Shown piece after piece: positions 53,695-63,038 of a stretch of 64,000 nucleotides of DNA; within the stretch, counting starts at the first letter, position 1, and the number at the start of each line of letters is the position of its first letter. The notes under the pieces are model-generated. The model was not told where the DNA came from and searched no databases. It saw only the letters and a program-made list of their open reading frames with translations. This DNA is from a virus, in the IMG/VR virus record IMGVR_UViG_3300046170_000502, positions 32,001 to 96,000 of that record. One strand, 5' to 3'. Position numbers and translations under genes: made by a program.

Positions 53695-54545
53695 TATAAT
53701 TGATTAATTTTATCCCAAAAAATTTGCGGAGCATTCATACAGTTGTGTGCGAATTTTTCTTTCCCAAGGCGTTGATACTCTTGTAGAGACCCTATTTTGG
53801 ATTCGTCACCCCGAAACTCTTTCACTCCACACAAAATTGCTTCGGCAACCATTCTACAAAATGGCTCATTGACAATTGGGCTGTGAAATATTGTTCTCGA
53901 TTTTTGATATACATCCGCAGTTGATGCATGGTCTATGCGCCCATTGTATTTTATGTTTGAGTGAGGCTCAATTAGGTTTTCAAAATCAAAAGATGACCAT
54001 CCAAAGATATCTACTTTTCTGTTGCAATTCTCTTTTGCGAATTTTATTAAATTATGCAAGCCTTTTAATTCGTGTATAAATCCACAATATACGACATCAT
54101 ATATTTTGTCTTGAGGTTGTGTTTTAAATATGTCCGTGTCGATTGGGTCGGGTACAATTTCTATATTCGGAAAAATGTCTCCATACATCGAGCGAAAAAA
54201 TGAAACATGAAATTCAGACAGAAAGAAATTAATTTTAGTTGATGCAAAGAGTTGCTTGCGTAAATTTACCCCAAGGTAAAGGCACGAGTCATGCTCTAGT
54301 CTGACATGCCTCGGGTGTTTAAGTATGAAGTCTAATTTGTCTGGAGTTTTATTGTAGATGATTTCTAGGTTCGAGCTAACAATCAAGTCGTATGAACACA
54401 AGAAGTCTGTATATGGGCTATCAAAATTGTGGAGTACAATTTCGTGACCTAGATCTTTGCCTTTTTTTATTATAGCGTCGTTGCTAACCTGGGCTCCCCC
54501 GCCATTATGCTCCAAGTTAAAGTCGCTAATAAATAATACTTTCAC
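53694..54545 (-). CDS. GT4/GT-B glycosyltransferase
   Basis: YCGFIHELKG, EPFCRMVAEAILCG. Confidence 0.8.
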   Translation of the reverse strand: MKVLFISDFNLEHNGGGAQVSNDAIIKKGKDLGHEIVLHNFDSPYTDFLCSYDLIVSSNLEIIYNKTPDKLDFILKHPRHVRLEHDSCLYLGVNLRKQLFASTKINFFLSEFHVSFFRSMYGDIFPNIEIVPDPIDTDIFKTQPQDKIYDVVYCGFIHELKGLHNLIKFAKENCNRKVDIFGWSSFDFENLIEPHSNIKYNGRIDHASTADVYQKSRTIFHSPIVNEPFCRMVAEAILCGVKEFRGDESKIGSLQEYQRLGKEKFAHNCMNAPQIFWDKINQL

Positions 54546-54952
54546 TTAAGTTTTAGTATAATTTTTTTCGCCTCTTTTGTCATTGGCGTTGGTAGAGAGT
54601 TTTTATCAAGCCTAAAAAACCCCCACTCTTCATGTTCAATCGCGTCGACAGCTTTAGTGTCTGGAAAAATTAAATCCTCTATCTTCATGGAGTATGCTGC
54701 AAAAAAATTACAACCACTTATTTTAAAGTCTCCCAAGAAATTAACTTGACCGTTGGGCTTAACTCCCGTTTCTTCGTAAAACTCTCTAATGGCCGCGTCC
54801 TTAGGCTCTTCTCCAATTTCAATCATCCCGCAGGGCATTGACCAATTACCGGGAAGGTTAAGGCACTTCGACGACCTTTTCCCAAGCAAAACAAGATTTC
54901 CGAGTTGAGCTACTAACCCTGCTGCTGTATATTTCTTAGTCGAGGAAATCAT
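54542..54952 (-). CDS. NUDIX hydrolase
   Basis: PCGMIEIGEEPKDAAIREFYEETG Nudix box. Confidence 0.88.
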   Translation of the reverse strand: MISSTKKYTAAGLVAQLGNLVLLGKRSSKCLNLPGNWSMPCGMIEIGEEPKDAAIREFYEETGVKPNGQVNFLGDFKISGCNFFAAYSMKIEDLIFPDTKAVDAIEHEEWGFFRLDKNSLPTPMTKEAKKIILKLK

Positions 54953-56012
54953 CTAAAACTTTTTTATTTTGCCAGTGGGGACAACCTTCATATTTCATTT
55001 TAAAAACTTTAGTTCCATCTTCAATAATTAATTCATCTTTATTTTCTGGGAATGCAGTTTTTTTTACGTTTCCTGCTTGGTCTATTAGGGCGTAATATTC
55101 TCTAGGCTTTCTGAATGGGCAGATGAATGCCTTGATTGGATCTCCATTTTTATCAAGAACAGGTTGACCTCTAGATATTTTATAACCATCTTTTCCGCAT
55201 GCTAAAGGCCCTCCAAACGTCCCATCTTTTGGGTAGTCTTGGTTCGCTGCAAGATTACTCCTTGCGGAATCTTCACTAAAATTGTCGAGGTAATTCTGAA
55301 ATTGAGTTAATTGATACTCAAAACCATCAAGCTCTTTTGCGCTTATTTTGTCCATTTTAATGAAACCTTTGCCTGTGTTACCTAATAGGTCGCGATCTAG
55401 ATCAAATCTTAAAAACAAAAACTCAGACCTAGGTTCCGTTTCCGGCATCAAATGCTTAACGGCTAGACTGTAGATTAAGTTTTGCAAATTGTCTGTGATT
55501 TCTTTCCCTTTAAATACTGACTTGCTACTCTTGAAGTCTCGAATAATCACAGAATTATCTTTATAAACGAAAAGTTTATCGATGTAACCCCTAATAGCAT
55601 ACCTTATTCCATTCTCTGGCTTGTTTATTTCCAGATCAAAAAATCTTTCAGATTCCGCTAGGACAGGACTTTCTTCAGAGTCCCCAAAAAAATCACATCT
55701 TAATCCATTTACGATCATTTCATCTATTAGGTCAAGGTTTTCTTGGTTATTAACATTTAATTCAATAGCTTCCTGTTTTACTTGCTTAGCTACAACGCTC
55801 GTATTCCATATAGTGCCCTCTTTGATTATTTTATTAAATTCTCTTTTATGTTTGTCTCCCAAAAGTTCAAATACATTGTGACATATTGTTCCCCTACTCG
55901 ATCCATCATTACCAGAATCAGGCAGTTTTAGTTTGTAATTGCACCAATAGGTCCAACTGCATGTTTGCGCAGTTTTTATTCTACTTGCGGAAAGTTTTGT
56001 TATTTCACTCAT
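54936..56012 (-). CDS. PD-(D/E)XK exonuclease (RecB/AddB/Cas4-like)
   Basis: LSASRIK..QTC, GTICH, RGYIDKL, IRDFKSSK; scattered Cys. Confidence 0.82.
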   Translation of the reverse strand: MSEITKLSASRIKTAQTCSWTYWCNYKLKLPDSGNDGSSRGTICHNVFELLGDKHKREFNKIIKEGTIWNTSVVAKQVKQEAIELNVNNQENLDLIDEMIVNGLRCDFFGDSEESPVLAESERFFDLEINKPENGIRYAIRGYIDKLFVYKDNSVIIRDFKSSKSVFKGKEITDNLQNLIYSLAVKHLMPETEPRSEFLFLRFDLDRDLLGNTGKGFIKMDKISAKELDGFEYQLTQFQNYLDNFSEDSARSNLAANQDYPKDGTFGGPLACGKDGYKISRGQPVLDKNGDPIKAFICPFRKPREYYALIDQAGNVKKTAFPENKDELIIEDGTKVFKMKYEGCPHWQNKKVLDDFLD

Positions 56013-57042
56013 TATTTATTATTTTTTTATTTTTTAAAAGAGACTTCGGTAAAGATTTACTTATTTCGTTTACCTTATCTATTATAAAATTTTGTTGATT
56101 TTTTGTATTGAGATTTTTTAATTTTTTATTCCAATTTTTAAAGTCGGATGAAGTCATGTCTCCAAAATCTTTTTTTGTCGGAAGGCAGATGGAGATCTTA
56201 TCTGGGTTGTAATAATTTAAAAGCTTGAGGTAATTTTTTATACTAGCATTTAACCCTCTATTTTCAGGAGAATTTTGGTCGTTATTTAAGGATATTATTA
56301 TTCTTTTCACATTCAAGGATAAAGTTGCGCAAATCAATTTTGTGGATATATCAAGGCCAAATGTAACTAGGACATTCTTGTACCCATATTGATTTAAGTT
56401 TAGGAGGTCTCCAATACTTTCTACGAAGATAATTTCTCCAGAATCTTCTATAGATTTTTTAAATTCTTCGTTTACATATAAGGGATAAACCCAATTCTTT
56501 TTTCTGCCTATATGCTTCCATTTCGGTCTATTTCCGTAAGACGCCATATCTCTACCGGAGAAGCCATATATTTGATTATATTGATTGTAAATTGGGAAAA
56601 TAAATCTACTATTTAATTTTCCACTTGTGGCGTATCCACCTTTAAGTGATTGAAGTATTTCTGAGTCAATACCTTTATCATTATAGAATTTATAATGAGG
56701 TAGTAGTTTTTTAAGGCAATCTTCTGGGTATATTTCTTCCATTTCTATTTTTTCTGAATAGTTAACTTTGTTATAATTTAATCCCAAATCTTCTTCTTCA
56801 AGGAATTTCGACAATTGATTGGGGTCGTTGGTTCCTAGTGTAATTTCTACAAGCCTTTTTAAGGGAGAGAATGGGCTGTTTTCTACATGATCTTTCCAGA
56901 CCCCTGTATTTTTGTATATTTGTATTGCTGTTTTGTTATCGCCATTCCTGAATACAGCATTAGTTTGCCAATACGAACCTCTATCTTGCAGTTTGTATCC
57001 AAGATTAAGTAAGCAATCTTTGATTTTTTCTTGAGATATCAT
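56005..57042 (-). CDS. dnaG: DNA primase (TOPRIM)
   Basis: FIFPIYN..GFSGRD..KWKH, FVESIGD, LNND, DFGD. Confidence 0.82.
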   Translation of the reverse strand: MISQEKIKDCLLNLGYKLQDRGSYWQTNAVFRNGDNKTAIQIYKNTGVWKDHVENSPFSPLKRLVEITLGTNDPNQLSKFLEEEDLGLNYNKVNYSEKIEMEEIYPEDCLKKLLPHYKFYNDKGIDSEILQSLKGGYATSGKLNSRFIFPIYNQYNQIYGFSGRDMASYGNRPKWKHIGRKKNWVYPLYVNEEFKKSIEDSGEIIFVESIGDLLNLNQYGYKNVLVTFGLDISTKLICATLSLNVKRIIISLNNDQNSPENRGLNASIKNYLKLLNYYNPDKISICLPTKKDFGDMTSSDFKNWNKKLKNLNTKNQQNFIIDKVNEISKSLPKSLLKNKKIINNE

Positions 57043-58553
57043 ATATTCGGCAACTCTTCCATAAAGCCTTGAACCGCTTCAACCCCTTCTGACTCCATGT
57101 GGGATACACAATCTTGAAGGTCACCCCTCTCTTCTATGTTAAAGTTCTCCATATGTAGGTTTATGTAATTTTTTCTTTTTGTTCCATCTGGCATTTCGAT
57201 TGGCTGAAGGGCTCTATGAACGTTTTCGCCGAGCCATCTGTATTTCAAGCATATGAATTTGTGGGTCCCAAAACCTTCCGCCTCAGACTGAATTTCATCC
57301 ATTGTCTTTTGCCTAAGCAAAAAAAGATGAGAGCAAAACTGGGTTATTTGATCGGATAAAGAGACTATGCTTTCATCGTCAACCACGTTGTCCGAGTTCC
57401 TGTTATTTGTAATCCCCAACCTGTTACTCTGGACGCTCGTTAGCATTGATACTACAGGGCCTTCATTAAAGCACAACTCTTTTTGAATGAGCTGCTTAAA
57501 CTTATCAACCATTCTTCCGACCGTCTCCCATGAACTCACCCCATTTTGTCTTTCGTAACTAGTTTTAATATAATCAAAACTAAATATCATTTCTTTTCCT
57601 CTACCTATTTCGGAAAAGTAGAACCTTCTAATTATATTTAGCATGCTGTCAACCGAGTGTCCGGCTACATTATAGTAGTAGAATTTAAAATTTTTTATTT
57701 TCTTCCACGTTTCCCTAACTTTATTTATTACTTCTTCCCCTGCCTGCCTCCATCTTCCGGTTTCTAGTAAATTCATAGGCACCCCAGATAAAGCTGAGCA
57801 TTGGCGTATAATCAATTCCTCTTTGCTCATTTCTCCGTTGTCGAAGTGTAGGATTGGAACATTATTGTTTCTTGCTGATACTTTAGTACAAAAGTCCATA
57901 CAGAATTGTGTTTTACCAACTCCTGCGCGAGCTACAACAACCGTTATGTTGCCAGGCCTTAAAAGAGATCCATATAATTCATTAACTCTCTGATGAGGAC
58001 CCATTAGACCAAATTGGGTTATTGGGTTATTTCCTCTTTCTTCAATAAAATCTTCCATTTCATCGAATAAATTTTCGGGTTGATTTGAGCCTATTTCGTA
58101 TAAATTAATTTTATCGTTATATATTTTATCCGCCTCGCTAACTATATCGTCAAATGATGCGCCAGAGGAGATAGATTTCATATTTTTGGCAACATCAATT
58201 GATGCGTCATGTATTTCTCTTCTTACAGTAATTTTTTTTAGTTCCTTGGCGGCTTTGATTACTCCGTCTTTTGAGATTTGCCTCATAGATAAAGCTTTGA
58301 TGTAATCCGATATATTTATATTATCCTCAAAGGAAATATTTAATGACTGAACTCTTTGAGATAATAAAACTTCATCTAAAATTTCTGAAGATTCTAAAGA
58401 CTGCCTTAGGACGCAATAAATTGTTTTATTTACTATGGAGTTTTTGTCAAAAAAGTCTTTGTCTTCTATGAATGCTGCAATTAATGGATATGTCTCAGGG
58501 AACTTTATTAATCCAGCTATTAAGTGTTGTTCTAATTCGTAGGAATATATCAT
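57039..58553 (-). CDS. dnaB: DnaB-like replicative helicase
   Basis: ARAGVGKT, FDYIK, QSNR; promoter TTGACT-N17-TATTAT 6 nt from ATG. Confidence 0.9.
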   Translation of the reverse strand: MIYSYELEQHLIAGLIKFPETYPLIAAFIEDKDFFDKNSIVNKTIYCVLRQSLESSEILDEVLLSQRVQSLNISFEDNINISDYIKALSMRQISKDGVIKAAKELKKITVRREIHDASIDVAKNMKSISSGASFDDIVSEADKIYNDKINLYEIGSNQPENLFDEMEDFIEERGNNPITQFGLMGPHQRVNELYGSLLRPGNITVVVARAGVGKTQFCMDFCTKVSARNNNVPILHFDNGEMSKEELIIRQCSALSGVPMNLLETGRWRQAGEEVINKVRETWKKIKNFKFYYYNVAGHSVDSMLNIIRRFYFSEIGRGKEMIFSFDYIKTSYERQNGVSSWETVGRMVDKFKQLIQKELCFNEGPVVSMLTSVQSNRLGITNNRNSDNVVDDESIVSLSDQITQFCSHLFLLRQKTMDEIQSEAEGFGTHKFICLKYRWLGENVHRALQPIEMPDGTKRKNYINLHMENFNIEERGDLQDCVSHMESEGVEAVQGFMEELPNI

Positions 58554-58584
58554 TATTCCATAATATCATAAACAACCTTTAAAG

Positions 58585-58866
58585 TCAAGGGTTTTCTTCG
58601 TCGCCTAAGTCTTTGGGGAAATTTAGTTCTATCTCTTGCGCGGAGAGCTGCTCAATGTACTGCGTCAGGGATTGACGTAACCCTAGTTCTATGATCGCAG
58701 AATTAGTTTTTGTTATAATCGACGGTATTCCATCTTGGTTGACATAAGACAATATGAAACCGCTATCCCCTTGTCCTGATCCAGTCAACTCAAAGAGTTG
58801 GGATATAATGCTCTCTGGGAGAGAGAATTTAGATAAGTTTTCTGGATCAATAAAATCTTCGCTCAT
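58585..58866 (-). CDS. hypothetical protein
   Basis: GTGTA 9 nt upstream. Confidence 0.65.
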   Translation of the reverse strand: MSEDFIDPENLSKFSLPESIISQLFELTGSGQGDSGFILSYVNQDGIPSIITKTNSAIIELGLRQSLTQYIEQLSAQEIELNFPKDLGDEENP

Positions 58867-58883
58867 AATATATTATACACCAA

Positions 58884-59294
58884 TTAAAGATTAACACCAA
58901 AAGTTTTAAATATTTCTTCATCAAGCTCGCTTTCTTTATACACCTCTACCAAGTGGATGCCGTTGAGTTCGCAAAATCTAAGTTTATCAGAGTCTCTTCT
59001 GAGTTGATTTATATAGTTAATTTTATTGCCTCCATGAAAAAATGGTACATACCTCGTGTGTTGTTGCCCTTGAACTTCTATCGCTATTTTTTTATTAGCA
59101 TTATAAAAATCAAGAGATAGCTTGGTCCCTGCAATAGGAAACTCTTCAAAGACTATATGCTTAATCCAATATTTTTTTAAAAACTGCTTCGTATTAAACT
59201 GTATTTTACTCCTACTCTTGCCGTCCCAGTCTATTAAGAATTTTTTAGACTTTTTTACTGTTCTTTCTGCTCCGGTTAAGGTTTTAAAGCGCAT
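58884..59294 (-). CDS. DUF559/Vsr-like endonuclease
   Basis: EEF...LDFY...IAIEVQGQQH...D..K. Confidence 0.75.
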   Translation of the reverse strand: MRFKTLTGAERTVKKSKKFLIDWDGKSRSKIQFNTKQFLKKYWIKHIVFEEFPIAGTKLSLDFYNANKKIAIEVQGQQHTRYVPFFHGGNKINYINQLRRDSDKLRFCELNGIHLVEVYKESELDEEIFKTFGVNL

Positions 59295-60390
59295 TAGTTA
59301 ATTTTTTAAAATCCTCATAAAGGAAGCTAGACAGCTCTTCATTATCTTCCAGGAAATCTATAACTCTTTGCTCTCCTTGAAACTTTTCATTTATCTCTAG
59401 ACCTTTTTCTTTTAATTCTTTTATTAAATCTTCTGAAACAGATATCCATGCTCCCTTTTTTTGTATTAAGTTGAATAAATAAAGCATGTCTATAATTTCC
59501 CTGGCCCTCCAGATGGATTTACCACATTTTTGTCCGTACTTTATTGGGTACCTCACAGTTGAGCCAGTTCTTTCGTTAACGCTTTTTCTGAATTTTATCT
59601 TACAATAATGCCCTATAGGCTCACCTTTGGCTTCTAGAGTGGTGGCAGTAGGATTTTTAAACATCATATCAGAAGTGTATCTTTCTTGAAACTCAAGAAT
59701 GAAGTTTGCGTAATGCTTTACGGCATTACCTCCAGCTTCCTTTGTTTTTGGCCCACCTCTTGAGGCGTAAGGGTTTGTTGCCACTTCAACTCTAACTTGG
59801 CTTGTTAGTATCATTGTGTGACCCATTTTTGTTATCGGTAAGACCATTTTCTTTAAAAAAACAGAAGTTATTAGCGCTCCCCCTGCAACTTGCTCGGATT
59901 CCGCAAAAGGTTTGTCTATATCACCAATTCGACATAAAGCATCGACGCTATCGATGATAAACATGTATTTCTTGTCGTCTTCATTATTGAACACAAGTTC
60001 CCTGATCAGCTCAAAAACTTTTTCAAAGATATTACAATCGAAGACGAAGAATTTTTCAGGGTTAGTGTCAATTCCGGACCTCTCTATCATTTCTGGACTA
60101 AATCTTCCTTCGCTTTTAATGTAGATTATCATTCCGTTTTTATGAAAATGTTTTTGAAAGTTTCTTGCGAAGGCCATTGCACAACTCGTCTTTCCTCCTT
60201 CGTTTATGCCCGTAAACCTATGGGCGCCACTGGGTAGACCTCCTCCTAGCGCTATGTCTAAATTTAGGCTCCCGCTAGAGATTTTATAATCTTCGCTATC
60301 ATGAAAATTGTAATGATATTTTTTATTATCTTTATCCTCGAGGAATTTTGTAATCTGATCTGTTGTTTTTATTTCTTTTATTTTAGTCAT
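59284..60390 (-). CDS. recA: RecA/UvsX-like recombinase
   Basis: SGSLNLDIALGGGLP, GGKTS, IIDSVDAL, SQVR, GGNAVKHYA. Confidence 0.9.
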   Translation of the reverse strand: MTKIKEIKTTDQITKFLEDKDNKKYHYNFHDSEDYKISSGSLNLDIALGGGLPSGAHRFTGINEGGKTSCAMAFARNFQKHFHKNGMIIYIKSEGRFSPEMIERSGIDTNPEKFFVFDCNIFEKVFELIRELVFNNEDDKKYMFIIDSVDALCRIGDIDKPFAESEQVAGGALITSVFLKKMVLPITKMGHTMILTSQVRVEVATNPYASRGGPKTKEAGGNAVKHYANFILEFQERYTSDMMFKNPTATTLEAKGEPIGHYCKIKFRKSVNERTGSTVRYPIKYGQKCGKSIWRAREIIDMLYLFNLIQKKGAWISVSEDLIKELKEKGLEINEKFQGEQRVIDFLEDNEELSSFLYEDFKKLTNAL

Positions 60391-60715
60391 CTATAAATTG
60401 TCGTATTGTTTTTGCCTTTTTCGATAAGATCTTATCTCTACCGGTTTTTTCCTTCAGAATAATTTCTTGTTTTTCGGGTATTTTGTAATTGAATTCTCTA
60501 TACTTTCTTCTAAGAATAAACAAACCTTTTTCGGATCTTATAACCGCTAAAGATGGAACTTTGCGTATTCTAACTTTCTCCCAGAAGCCTAAATTAGGAA
60601 AAATTTCAATAAGAGAATTTAAAAGCTTCATTTCTCGAGCCCAGAAAAATCTTTTTTCTTTTTTTGGCTCAACTACTAATCTTTTAATTAAGTTTTTCTT
60701 ATTTATTTTCTTCAC
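60383..60715 (-). CDS. basic hypothetical protein
   Basis: TTGACT-N17-TAAAAT 6 nt before GTG. Confidence 0.7.
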   Translation of the reverse strand: MKKINKKNLIKRLVVEPKKEKRFFWAREMKLLNSLIEIFPNLGFWEKVRIRKVPSLAVIRSEKGLFILRRKYREFNYKIPEKQEIILKEKTGRDKILSKKAKTIRQFIDD

Positions 60716-60746
60716 CCAGATATTTTAGGGTAAAACAGGAGCAAAG

Positions 60747-62717
60747 TCAAGCAATAAATTTGTAATCCGGTGCAAATGTTCTATATTTAGAGTTATCCAT
60801 CCTTTGATCGATAATTTTTTTTATTTTTAAAATGTAGGTGTTTTGCATCGCTTCGGGGTTTAAGTCTGAGTGGTTTGACTCAAGTTCTCCGCTTATCTTT
60901 GCAAACAGATCAATCTGTTCTCGGGTATAGTCTTCTAGCTTTGTATACTGGTGAAAGCCTTTAGTTTTGCAAGGTATTTTTAATATAAATGTATTTGATC
61001 CAGTTTTTTCTATTTTTATTAGAAATATTTTTTTATTTTTTAATTCTATATTTTCTTCCAGTAGTTGATTCTTTTGGTCTATGAGTTGGGATATTTTATT
61101 TTTAAGGGCTGGATTCGGATCAGGTTCTTGGCGGTTTTTTAACCTTTTGTTTTCAGACTCTATTTCTGAGATCTGGTCTTTTATAGATCTAAACCTGTTT
61201 GTGTTCGCTAGCATTTCAGACTTTATTGACTCTATTATATTTTTGCTTTTTTCATGTTTTTGGAAAACTTCTTTTATTTCACCAGCGCTCTTAATCGCTT
61301 CTTCCGCCCTATTTAGAATGTTTAGTTTTTCAGCTTTAATATATTCTATATCTTTTTTGATATTAAGCTTTTGATCTTCGAGGGACTTGATTTCTGATAA
61401 AATTTCAGAAGTATCTTCTTTTTCTAAAATTTCTTTTTCAGATTTTAACTTCAATTTTCTTAATACCTCTTTATTTTCTGATATCTTTTCTTTGTATTTT
61501 TTGATTTGATCTTCTTGCAGTTCTATTATCTCATTCTCTTGTTTGATATCTTTTTTTCTCTCCTCAATATCAGACTCTTCTTGGTTTAGTATTTTTTTTG
61601 TTATTTCTAATTCCGACTGTTTCTTGATGGCTTCTTTTTCACTGATGGTAAATTTTGGAAATCGCCTTGATAAACTAATGTGCGCAGCCAAAACTAAAAG
61701 AATTGCAAGTGGGTCAAAAACAAAAATTAATATTATTATTACTATTCTAACAGCTTTTCCTACGTCGAATTGCATTCCTGTGAAATCAGATATGAGCTCG
61801 GCCACATATTTTATTGGACCAACTTCCGCTTCAAGCTGCCTTGCTCCGTCGTTATGATTAAACTTTTCTTGTTCTAGTTCGTCGATTTCATCTAAGGTCT
61901 TACTTATGTTTTCGTTATAAACTTGAACTTTCGACTCAGAATCTCCAGGCCTCTCAAATCCTATAGATTGATATTCTTGCACCCTTTCTCTTATTTTTGA
62001 TATAAGGTCTGAGGTCTCTTCTCTGTGTTTCGATATTCTTAAGTCTGCCGCATTAATTTTAGATGTCAAGCTTTCTCTTTCAAGTTTTTGTTCTAGAATT
62101 TTTGCTTCTAAATCTTTTTTCTTGCTTGAGAATAGTCCGCCTGATTTATTTTTTATCTTATCTAAATCTTCATTTAATTGAGATAGTCTATTATTTAGCG
62201 ATGCGATAATTTTGTTGTCAATCTCTATATCTTTTTCTAATTGAGATGAAAGTTGTTCTATTTTTTCTTGCTCAATCTTTATGTTTTCTGCGGTTTTGTC
62301 TCCTAGATTTTCGGAGCTCGCCTCTTTTTTTTGAATTAATTCTTTTTGCCTTTTTATATATTCGTTTTTTCTTTCTATTTTATTTTCAATTTGAGCAACT
62401 AGCGCTTTTGATTTTTCCGCGGTTTGCTCATGTTCAATATGAGATTTTGATAAAAATCCAAAAATACCCATGCTTGTTATGCCCATTAGTACTAATATTG
62501 CTGAGAATAAATAGAATTTAATTAATCTTGGGGCAGATTTCCAGTTCCTGTGGAGCCATATCGAGGCTATTATTTTACCCACTTCTAGCACAGAGCCCAT
62601 AGCTATTACTGCGTACATAGAACCCGGGAATATTGTGGCAAGTCCGATTATGCTAAAATAGGCGGCTATTAATGAAATACTTAAAGCCGAAATCAATGTT
62701 GTTATTGCAAAAATCAT
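60747..62717 (-). CDS. membrane-anchored long coiled-coil protein
   Basis: N-terminal TMs (AAYFSIIGL, LEVGK, GIFGFLSK), EVGPIKY and FDPLAI motifs, long heptads; pattern common in large phages. Confidence 0.75.
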   Translation of the reverse strand: MIFAITTLISALSISLIAAYFSIIGLATIFPGSMYAVIAMGSVLEVGKIIASIWLHRNWKSAPRLIKFYLFSAILVLMGITSMGIFGFLSKSHIEHEQTAEKSKALVAQIENKIERKNEYIKRQKELIQKKEASSENLGDKTAENIKIEQEKIEQLSSQLEKDIEIDNKIIASLNNRLSQLNEDLDKIKNKSGGLFSSKKKDLEAKILEQKLERESLTSKINAADLRISKHREETSDLISKIRERVQEYQSIGFERPGDSESKVQVYNENISKTLDEIDELEQEKFNHNDGARQLEAEVGPIKYVAELISDFTGMQFDVGKAVRIVIIILIFVFDPLAILLVLAAHISLSRRFPKFTISEKEAIKKQSELEITKKILNQEESDIEERKKDIKQENEIIELQEDQIKKYKEKISENKEVLRKLKLKSEKEILEKEDTSEILSEIKSLEDQKLNIKKDIEYIKAEKLNILNRAEEAIKSAGEIKEVFQKHEKSKNIIESIKSEMLANTNRFRSIKDQISEIESENKRLKNRQEPDPNPALKNKISQLIDQKNQLLEENIELKNKKIFLIKIEKTGSNTFILKIPCKTKGFHQYTKLEDYTREQIDLFAKISGELESNHSDLNPEAMQNTYILKIKKIIDQRMDNSKYRTFAPDYKFIA

Positions 62718-62768
62718 ATTTAAAGGTGTTGAATGTTAATTTTAGGTATTAATTTAAGATTACACCTA

Positions 62769-62945
62769 TTAGTCAAAATATTCTGATAATTTTACAGTTA
62801 TAGTTTGTCCATTCTGTAGGCTTATTACAGCAAATACAGCTCCATCGTGCGCCCCCCCAATTTCTTCGTATTGGTTTAGTATTTCCCCAATCATTTCGCC
62901 GTGATTTGTGTGAACTATACATATTTTTTTCTTTTCATCTGACAT
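62769..62945 (-). CDS. small hypothetical protein (start revised to 62945)
   Basis: GTGTA 9 nt upstream of ATG. Confidence 0.6.
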   Translation of the reverse strand: MSDEKKKICIVHTNHGEMIGEILNQYEEIGGAHDGAVFAVISLQNGQTITVKLSEYFD

Positions 62946-63038
62946 ACAAAAGTATACACTACTCAGTTTTTCCAAAAAGCCCAAAGTTGACTTTAGACTT
63001 TTATTAGACTTTACTTTGACTTTTGTGTACCATAATAG

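Noticed and set aside
54936-56012. Cas4-like nuclease as evidence of a CRISPR system
   Set aside because: PD-(D/E)XK exonucleases are routine in phage replication modules, and there is no array or other cas gene.
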